A stretch of DNA of 64,000 bases from an uncultured bacterium. Lineage in GTDB: Bacteria > Patescibacteriota > Minisyncoccia > Phycocordibacterales > GWA1-40-21. The stretch covers positions 367,417-431,416 of the forward strand of contig OY970290.1 in NCBI GenBank assembly GCA_963716205.1, read 5' to 3'. The notes beneath the pieces are model-generated. The model saw nothing but the letters and a program-made list of their open reading frames with translations. It was not told the origin of the DNA and did no database searches. This document shows, in pieces, positions 57,180 to 64,000 of the stretch (positions are counted from its first letter, which is position 1; each line of letters begins with the position of its first letter). Made by a program: the position numbers and the translations under genes.

Positions 57180-57944
57180 TTAGTGAAGATCAAAATCAAC
57201 AAAGAGCGGCAAATGATCCGACACGACATCGGGAAGAACTTTGAAATCATTGATCTTGATATCGGGGGATACAAAGATATAATCTGCAAACCTCGGGCCG
57301 TCTTTGAATCTCCTATAAAGCTCCGTGCGTGTGGAAGTAACGCCATGTTCAGTCACGAGATTTTTCATTCCGGTCTTCTCTATCATTTTAATACTTTCCG
57401 TTTCGGGTAGTAAATTGAAATCCCCGACCAAAATCTTGGGACAATCGAACATCGCTAGGAAATCAACAATGACACCTGACTGTTTGAGCCTTTTCGGGCT
57501 ATCACTCTTACCTTGTGGTCGGTGAGTAAGGTGAGCATTCACCAGAAGCAGATTTTTGCCGTCGATCTTAAGTTCAAGCCACTGAATCTTTCGATGATGG
57601 TCTTTCGTTTCTGCATCATTGTTGGTTTCCCAGTCTCCGCGATGAACAAATGTTTCTCCTCTGTCGATGATTTTGACCTTTGATCTGGTGAAAGTTGCGA
57701 GACCATATACCTCTTTAAATGTCTGGCAAAACTCGCCAACGTAATCGGGCAAATGCGATTGGAGTGTCTTGAAGAGATCAAGATCTGGCTCAAGACCCGG
57801 CACACGGACATTGCTTTCAGAAAGTTTATTCGCACCATGAAAGATTTCCTGAAAGCACCAGATATCAATATCTCGGTGTACATCGAAAAATTCCTCAAGT
57901 TTTTTCACCCTTCCACCCCAGAGATTCAAGGTTGTTAATTTCAT
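57180..57944 (-). CDS. Endonuclease/exonuclease/phosphatase family protein
   Basis: LNLW, CFQE, NAHL, GDFN, DYIF, SDHLP. Confidence 0.92.
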   Translation of the reverse strand: MKLTTLNLWGGRVKKLEEFFDVHRDIDIWCFQEIFHGANKLSESNVRVPGLEPDLDLFKTLQSHLPDYVGEFCQTFKEVYGLATFTRSKVKIIDRGETFVHRGDWETNNDAETKDHHRKIQWLELKIDGKNLLLVNAHLTHRPQGKSDSPKRLKQSGVIVDFLAMFDCPKILVGDFNLLPETESIKMIEKTGMKNLVTEHGVTSTRTELYRRFKDGPRFADYIFVSPDIKINDFKVLPDVVSDHLPLFVDFDLH

Positions 57945-58048
57945 ATTAATTGCTAACTTCGTGGTACTCAGATCCATTTATTCTCTTGTAAGAATCTAAT
58001 CACTTTTCCAAATATCTTTTCATGCCCGCTGAAGCCTCACATATTTAT

Positions 58049-58336
58049 TTAAGCAGCTTTAATATGTAAAATATCCATTATTTTTTCTGCGGCAGTTTCA
58101 AAATCTCCAGATATAATAGAAAATTTTATCTCAGGATTATTTAAAGCAATTTCCCTGAATTTTTTTCCATATTCCGAAGCCATATTTGCTTCTTTAAGAT
58201 GTCTTTCGGTATCATTTTTGTAGGAAATTCCTTTTTTCATTTCTCCAATAAGAAAACCCTGAAAAGGATCAAATTTACTGTTAAAATCATCTAATTCTTT
58301 TTGTTGCTCTTCAGTTTTTATATCTTCCGGATTCAT
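58049..58336 (-). CDS. Hypothetical protein
   Basis: ORF between murF and the EEP gene. Confidence 0.6.
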   Translation of the reverse strand: MNPEDIKTEEQQKELDDFNSKFDPFQGFLIGEMKKGISYKNDTERHLKEANMASEYGKKFREIALNNPEIKFSIISGDFETAAEKIMDILHIKAA

Positions 58337-58357
58337 ATTTAACAATTATACTCCGAG

Positions 58358-59647
58358 CTATTTCTTTTTCCACTCCTCATCTTGTCTAACAAGCATTTCC
58401 TTGGCTTTTTGCGGATCTGCCATAAGTTCTTCGACAATACGTTCTAAACGCATAGATTGCGAACCTTTAACGAGAATAATATCGCCTTCCTGAATTATTT
58501 CTTGAATATCTCGTTTTACTTCCATTGAATCATCAAATTGAAAAATATTTGTATCATCCATTTCTGTATCAAGTGCGCCCTCAGCTATTTTTCTCGATCG
58601 AATACCAACAGCAACAAGAATATCGCACGACTGTGCTGCTATCTTTCCGACTTCATAATGCTCATCTATGGAATGTTTTCCAAGCTCCATCATGTCGCCA
58701 AGCATTGCGATTTTTCTGCCTTTCGTTTTTATACTTTTGAGTGTATTGAGCGCAGAAATAGCCGCAACCGGTGAAGAATTATATGTATCATCGATAATAA
58801 TCGTGTTTTCGACACCTTGAATTATTTTCATCCTGCCTTTCGGAGTTTCGTGATTCATCAGCGCTTCACCCGCCTGTATCAGATTTATTTTCTGCGAAAG
58901 CCCGACGGCAAGCGCCGCGAGAGACGCGTAAATATTTTGCATGCCGAGTGAACCGAGCGTGACGATTGGCACAATATTGTTTTCATATTGGACTTTGAAT
59001 GTCATTCCCGCCGGTTTCCCCTTTTCATAATATACCTGAGCATCGGAAGCGATAAGATTTGCCATGGCATCCGTACCGTAAATAATTGAAATATTTTTCG
59101 AAGAATCTTTTATCTTCATGGCATCATCGTCATCGCCGTTCACTACGAGCACGCCGTCGTGCTTGAGAGCATCCACTAGATATTTTTTCTCGCGGATGAT
59201 CGCTTCCCTGCCGGTAAAAAATTCGATATGCACCGGCACTTTTGCAAACGCCGTGAGAACGACGACATCCGGCTTGAGCCACTGCGTTATCTTTTGTATA
59301 TCCTTCGGCCTGTCCGCGCCGATTTCAAGCACGAGCCATTTCGGATAATCGGTTTGGAAAAGCAAAGTGGAAAATCCCGAAAAAATATTGCGAATCCAAA
59401 GTATTGGATCATACCACGCATTCGGACAGCCCAAAATGGTCAGCGGAATTCCAATATCGCTGTTGAAACTTTTCTCGCTTTTGCGGATATAGAAAAATTT
59501 TGACATAACCGAAAAAATGGCATCCTTGGTCGAAGTTTTTCCTACACTTCCCGTCACAGCTATGATTTTCGGCTTGTATTTTTTTAAAATAAGCTTTGCC
59601 TGCCACTCGATGACCTGTGAAATTATTTTTTTGAATGTCGATTTCAT
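58358..59647 (-). CDS. murF: UDP-N-acetylmuramoyl-tripeptide--D-Ala-D-Ala ligase
   Basis: AVTGSVGKTSTK, FNSDIG.PLT, DDTYNSSP, LGDMMELG, LVKGSQ. Confidence 0.93.
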   Translation of the reverse strand: MKSTFKKIISQVIEWQAKLILKKYKPKIIAVTGSVGKTSTKDAIFSVMSKFFYIRKSEKSFNSDIGIPLTILGCPNAWYDPILWIRNIFSGFSTLLFQTDYPKWLVLEIGADRPKDIQKITQWLKPDVVVLTAFAKVPVHIEFFTGREAIIREKKYLVDALKHDGVLVVNGDDDDAMKIKDSSKNISIIYGTDAMANLIASDAQVYYEKGKPAGMTFKVQYENNIVPIVTLGSLGMQNIYASLAALAVGLSQKINLIQAGEALMNHETPKGRMKIIQGVENTIIIDDTYNSSPVAAISALNTLKSIKTKGRKIAMLGDMMELGKHSIDEHYEVGKIAAQSCDILVAVGIRSRKIAEGALDTEMDDTNIFQFDDSMEVKRDIQEIIQEGDIILVKGSQSMRLERIVEELMADPQKAKEMLVRQDEEWKKK

Positions 59648-59696
59648 GATAATATTCTTACATTAATATATATTCTTCTTTTGCGCAAAATTCCAT

Positions 59697-61454
59697 TTAT
59701 CGGTCCGGCGGAATTTCATAATAATTGATAAGGAATTTCGTGATATCAAAAAATGGATCAGTCAGCGTTTGCGAAGCATAATTGACATGCTGCGGCTCAT
59801 AAGTGTAAAGAAAAATGAGAAAACGTGGATTATACGCCGGAAAATAACCGAAAAATGAATGCAGATATTCGTCCGGATAATATCCGCCGCCTTGATTTGC
59901 CGGTCGCGCGATCTGGGCAGTTCCCGTCTTTGCGGCAACGCTGTAATCTTTTAGATTTGCCGCAGGATTTATTTTTACGAGCTCTTGGTCGACGACATTC
60001 ACCAACATTTGGGTGACAATTGCCGCCGTTGACGGCTTGATGATTTGCTTCGCTTCATCGGTATAATCAATCGTTTTGGTAAAACCAGTGATATAATTGA
60101 TTTTGTCCACAACGTGTGGCGTAATGAGTTTGCCACCGTTTGCAAGCACCGCAAGGGCACGCGCCGTTTGAATCGGGGTCATGGAAATTCCTTGACCAAA
60201 AGATGCCGTGTCGTATTCAACCTGTTTTTGATTGGTCAGATTGTCCAAAAGATTGGTGATGTCTCCAGATGCTTCATCCGGCAAATCAATGCCAGTCTCG
60301 GAGCCGATGCCGTAATTTTCAAAATATGCGAGCATGGTCGGCTTGCCGGTCTTTGTGGCAATATATGAAGCGCCGACATTGAGCGAGTCGTTCAAAATAG
60401 TCTGCATCGGTATGATTCCGTACGGTCCGTGCGTGGCGTCGTCAAAATTATGTATCGTGCTTCCATCAACGGTGATGAAACCTGTATCATCATACGTGCT
60501 TGTTGATGTGATGGCTCCACTGTCGATGCCGGCTGCCATAGTCAAAGGTTTGATAATCGATCCCATTTCATATGCATTGGAAACAAGAGGATCGGCGTAA
60601 ATACTAACGTTCGTCTGGCTTCCGAAATCGTTCAGATTGAAACTCGGATACATTGCCATTGCATAAATTTTGCCGGTATTCGGATCCATGACGATTGCTC
60701 CGGTAGCCTGTGAGCTCCATTTTGCATTTGCAGCCGCGATTTCTTTTTCCACATATGCCTCGACTTCCGGATCAATACTCGTCACGATATCGCCTTCCAT
60801 CTTATCGTCCTCTATGAAATTTGTTTTGATATCGGAAAATAATTCTGCAAACGTGTTCACATACATGCTGCTGTCATCGCGCGAAAGTACGTCATCGTAA
60901 TATTTTTCAAGCCCGTATCTCCCCGTCAAGTTTGTGCCGGTGTCGTCATACCCGACAAAACCGATAACTTGCGCCGCAAGATCGTCTCCGGGATAATATC
61001 TCCATTTTTCATTTTCAATGATCACTCCGGGTAAATCAAGTGCGCTGATTTTCTGTATCTCATCCGCCGGAACTTCTTTTGCAATTTCAACATACGTATC
61101 GCTTTGATCCGCAGTCTTGGAATAAAAATCTGATGCATCAATCGGGATGATATTTGAAATTTCTTTGTAATATGTTTCCGAATCAGTCGCCATGACGGTA
61201 TCATTCACGGCAAGAATATATCCAGTTTGCAGCCCTGCCGCAGTTATCAAAGAGCCATTATTGTCCTCAAAAAAAATATTTCCGCGGTCAAACGTATCGT
61301 TGGATACGCTGACATACTGGCTGTCGGCTTTTTCGCTGTAATTATCACCATGCACGACCTGCAAAAAATATAATCGCACAATCATCAGAAATGCGAAGAC
61401 AGCCAAACAGCCGAAAATCAGTCTGATTCTGTTTTGAAAGCGGTTAGTTTTCAT
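59697..61454 (-). CDS. ftsI: Class B penicillin-binding protein (FtsI-like)
   Basis: GSIIK (SxxK), SLN (SxN), KTGT; position in the mraZ-rsmH-ftsL operon. Confidence 0.88.
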   Translation of the reverse strand: MKTNRFQNRIRLIFGCLAVFAFLMIVRLYFLQVVHGDNYSEKADSQYVSVSNDTFDRGNIFFEDNNGSLITAAGLQTGYILAVNDTVMATDSETYYKEISNIIPIDASDFYSKTADQSDTYVEIAKEVPADEIQKISALDLPGVIIENEKWRYYPGDDLAAQVIGFVGYDDTGTNLTGRYGLEKYYDDVLSRDDSSMYVNTFAELFSDIKTNFIEDDKMEGDIVTSIDPEVEAYVEKEIAAANAKWSSQATGAIVMDPNTGKIYAMAMYPSFNLNDFGSQTNVSIYADPLVSNAYEMGSIIKPLTMAAGIDSGAITSTSTYDDTGFITVDGSTIHNFDDATHGPYGIIPMQTILNDSLNVGASYIATKTGKPTMLAYFENYGIGSETGIDLPDEASGDITNLLDNLTNQKQVEYDTASFGQGISMTPIQTARALAVLANGGKLITPHVVDKINYITGFTKTIDYTDEAKQIIKPSTAAIVTQMLVNVVDQELVKINPAANLKDYSVAAKTGTAQIARPANQGGGYYPDEYLHSFFGYFPAYNPRFLIFLYTYEPQHVNYASQTLTDPFFDITKFLINYYEIPPDR

Positions 61455-61779
61455 TTAAGGACAATGTTCTCGCACCCTCCGGAGCAATGACTGCAAAAGT
61501 ATCTTCCGGAACCGAAACATATCCTTTTGAAAGTGCGAGATCGATTGTAATGTTATTTTCCAAGCCCAAATATTTGAATTCCAAAGAATCTACGCTTGAA
61601 TTAAGCGATGAAATCTGGCTTTGCAGATTTTGTTTTGCCACTGCATTCAATATCGTCCTATTGACAAGAAATCCGTATGCAATGAGCAAAAATGCAAATA
61701 CAAGGAAAAGGCTCCAAAAGATTTTCTTTTCTCTGTATTCGATTTTATCTATTTGATTTTTGATTATTTGTGCCACCAT
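61444..61779 (-). CDS. FtsL-like cell division protein
   Basis: Single TM + coiled coil between rsmH and ftsI. Confidence 0.7.
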   Translation of the reverse strand: MVAQIIKNQIDKIEYREKKIFWSLFLVFAFLLIAYGFLVNRTILNAVAKQNLQSQISSLNSSVDSLEFKYLGLENNITIDLALSKGYVSVPEDTFAVIAPEGARTLSLNEN

Positions 61780-61783
61780 ATGT

Positions 61784-62674
61784 TTATATTTTTTCTATCA
61801 CTCTCAATTTTGCGCTTCTCGACCTTGGATTTTCTTGTATCTCATCTTCCGTCGGCGTAATCGGTTTTTTGTTTATTAATTTTCCCCGTTTTTCTTTTGC
61901 TTTGTCCCGAAAAAAACTCTTCACTTCCCTGTCTTCAACGCTGTGAAATGAAATGATTGCCATCCGCCCTTCTATATTTAAAACTTCCCAGCCTTTTGCC
62001 ATTCCCTCTTTGAGCGCTGTAATCTCGTCATTGACCGCGATGCGAAGTGCCTGAAATGTTTTTGTCGCAAAATGTATTTTGCCTCTTGTATATACCGCCG
62101 GAACTGCGCTTCGGATGATTTCCACCAATTCATCCGTCATTTTGATCTCTTTCGTCTTACGAGCTTCCACCACCGCTCTTGCAATCCTTCGCGCGTATCG
62201 CTCGTCCGAGTAACCGTATAAAATATCCGCGATCGTTTCCTCCTTCCAATTATTCAAAATTATTTCTGCCGTCACTTTCTGATCTTTGTTTTCGGAAAAT
62301 GTCATCAAAAGCGGTTCGTTGTTTTTGAAAGAAAATCCGCGGCCGGAAGCATCAAGCTCATCGGATGAAAGTCCAAGGTCAAGCAGGATTGCATCAACTT
62401 TTTTTATTCCAAGCTTTGCGAGCACAACATCAATATTTCGGTAATCCGAAATGATGAAGTGATGATTCTTCCCGAGCTTCGAAAAAATATCTTGCGCGTG
62501 CTTCACTGCACTTTCGTTTTTGTCCGTACCGATGATTTCCACTTTATTGCCGAATCTTTTAAAAACTTCCTGTGCATGTCCTGCGGCTCCGAGCGTGCCG
62601 TCAAAATAGATCCGGCCGATTTTCAAGTTGAGATTATCTATTGATTCATGTAAAAGAACTGTGCGGTGTATCAT
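61784..62674 (-). CDS. rsmH: 16S rRNA m4C1402 methyltransferase
   Basis: H.TVLL.E, DGTLG.AGH, DLGLSS, FQALRIAVN.E, FHS.EDR, NPRSRSAKLR. Confidence 0.96.
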   Translation of the reverse strand: MIHRTVLLHESIDNLNLKIGRIYFDGTLGAAGHAQEVFKRFGNKVEIIGTDKNESAVKHAQDIFSKLGKNHHFIISDYRNIDVVLAKLGIKKVDAILLDLGLSSDELDASGRGFSFKNNEPLLMTFSENKDQKVTAEIILNNWKEETIADILYGYSDERYARRIARAVVEARKTKEIKMTDELVEIIRSAVPAVYTRGKIHFATKTFQALRIAVNDEITALKEGMAKGWEVLNIEGRMAIISFHSVEDREVKSFFRDKAKEKRGKLINKKPITPTEDEIQENPRSRSAKLRVIEKI

Positions 62675-62685
62675 AAATCTCTGAT

Positions 62686-63120
62686 TTATAATGCACCCGC
62701 CTGACCCAATTTCTCCGCTAATTGATCCGCCCGCTTCTCCACTCCGCCTTTATATTCTCTCCATGTTTCCTCGTTCCAGATTTCTACGCGGTCTTGGACA
62801 CCAATGACAGACACCTTGCTCTTAAGCTCGGCGCGCTTCACCAAAAACTCGGGCAATAAAATTCTGCCGATCGTATCCACCTCGACTTCAGTCGCGCTGC
62901 CGAACATATAGCGATTGAAGCTGCGGTTATCCGCCTGAAGCATGGAAAACTGTGAGAGCTTGGCAGAAATATCTTTCCATTGCGCAAGGGTGAAAAGCCA
63001 AAGACAATTGTCGAGACCCGCAGTCACGATAATCTTCTTGCCGATTTCTTTGCGGAACTTTACAGGCAAAGAAACCCTTTTCTTTTCGTCGAGCGTATGG
63101 ATATATTCGCCGATAAGCAT
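62686..63120 (-). CDS. mraZ: Transcriptional regulator MraZ
   Basis: GEY.HTLD.K.R..LP.KFR and D..GRILLP repeats. Confidence 0.96.
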   Translation of the reverse strand: MLIGEYIHTLDEKKRVSLPVKFRKEIGKKIIVTAGLDNCLWLFTLAQWKDISAKLSQFSMLQADNRSFNRYMFGSATEVEVDTIGRILLPEFLVKRAELKSKVSVIGVQDRVEIWNEETWREYKGGVEKRADQLAEKLGQAGAL

Positions 63121-63162
63121 ATTTAGTAAAGTTAAATGAGAAATTGCGGGAAAAACTTTCTA

Positions 63163-63209
63163 TCCCACTTATTCCCACCTAATGCATATTTTATAACACT
63201 CTATCCCAC
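63163..63209 (-). promoter_or_regulatory. MraZ-binding direct repeats (GTGGGA)
   Basis: TCCCAC at 63163, 63173 and 63204 on +, upstream of mraZ; matches known TGGG-type MraZ boxes. Confidence 0.75.
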
Positions 63210-63300
63210 AATACAACAACATGTCACATTTTCTTTTTGCGATTATTCTACAATTTTTGAAAATTTTGTAATAGAAAAATATGGCTTAAAATAAGCGTGA

Positions 63301-63352
63301 AACTTAAACTGAGCGGAAAAGTTCTAAAGAACTTTTCCGCTCAGTTTAAGTT
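63301..63352. repeat. Perfect 25-bp inverted repeat with 2-nt loop
   Basis: AACTTAAACTGAGCGGAAAAGTTCT-AA-AGAACTTTTCCGCTCAGTTTAAGTT. Confidence 0.9.
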
Positions 63353-63381
63353 ATCAACAGGTTATGAATAATTAGTGTGAT

Positions 63382-63716
63382 CTAAATATTGTATTCCTTA
63401 CCAAGTAGTTCTTTAAATCTTCTCTCTACTTCACTTTTTATAATGTTTAATCTATTAATTTCACCAGAATTTTTTGTATATAATAATTGAACCGTTGAAT
63501 CTGTATATTTTTCCCAATCTTCTAATATACGTAACTTTTTATCTGGTTCATGTGCATACCTTTCGCTTAAAATTAAATAGTTTTTTGCATTGGTAAATAA
63601 AGTTTTTTTCTATCACTATTGTCAGATAGTTCATATATCCTTTTATCAATTTCTCTAGTACGGCTTTCCGCATTTCTTAATTTAATAGAAGTAATAATTC
63701 TTTGAAAGATATTCAT
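63382..63716 (-). pseudogene. Hypothetical gene interrupted by a frameshift in an A7 tract
   Basis: MNIFQRII...DRKK, then continues open in the -1 frame (TLFTNAK...KEYNI*); one extra A at 63603-63609 restores 111 aa. Confidence 0.5.
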
Positions 63717-63734
63717 ATTTTTTAATTTTATTTT

Positions 63735-64000
63735 CTATCCCTTCTTCCTCATAAACGGAAATGTCTGACATTCGCGGATTGGTTTGTCGGCGAGGAAACT
63801 GAAAAGTCGTTCGGAAAGTCCAAAGCCGCATGTCGGCGGCATGCCATATTCAAGTGCTTCGATAAAATCAGCGTCCATCATCTGCGCTTCCTCGTCCCCG
63901 CTTGCGCGGAGCTTCGCCTGATCCTCAAATCTTTCCATCTGGTCGAGGGGGTCATTGAGCTCGCTGAAACCTTTTCCATTTTCACTTCCAGCAAGTATCA
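63735..64000 (-). CDS. lysS: Lysine--tRNA ligase, 3' end (runs off window)
   Basis: FSELNDP.DQ.ERF..Q...[22 protein letters not shown]. Confidence 0.93.
   Translation of the reverse strand, partial: ILAGSENGKGFSELNDPLDQMERFEDQAKLRASGDEEAQMMDADFIEALEYGMPPTCGFGLSERLFSFLADKPIRECQTFPFMRKKG

Overview
AT-rich bacterial DNA that looks like a reduced Patescibacteria/CPR (Parcubacteria-like) chromosome. This is an inference from the short dcw cluster, the fermentative xfp-ackA-ppdK genes, many leaderless genes and many orphan ORFs. The window has three zones. (1) 1-~17.2 kb is the right part of an integrative/defence island. It carries a tyrosine recombinase, a ParB-like gene with a large serine recombinase, a DUF4011-helicase-Vsr-DUF3320 (Hhe-type) protein, a Fic toxin with its small inhibitor, and an intact IS1595-family element (31-bp TIRs, 8-bp TSD) with passenger genes. 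(2) ~17.2-23.0 kb is the most striking feature. Up to 11 direct copies (7 near-consensus, 1 variant, 2 decayed, 1 half) of a ~31-38 bp site, consensus caaacaaGTTCTAACTTCCTCTATCCAAGGGAGCAGAA, delimit ten 0.2-1.2 kb cassettes. Most cassettes are one orphan gene trimmed to promoter-ORF-terminator, in either orientation. The array is not CRISPR and not a canonical integron. Read on the minus strand, the repeat varies mostly at synonymous positions of a peptide (LLPWIEEVRTCL), which suggests an att site that doubles as the 3' end of a recombinase gene. (3) 23-64 kb is ordinary housekeeping DNA (ppdK, lexA with an SOS-like box, GH130s, xfp/ackA, typA, hisS, mltG, leuS, rmuC, tRNA-Glu, murF-ftsI-ftsL-rsmH-mraZ, lysS 3' end) with a few candidate structured RNAs. 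All product calls come from motif recognition by eye; no database searches were run.
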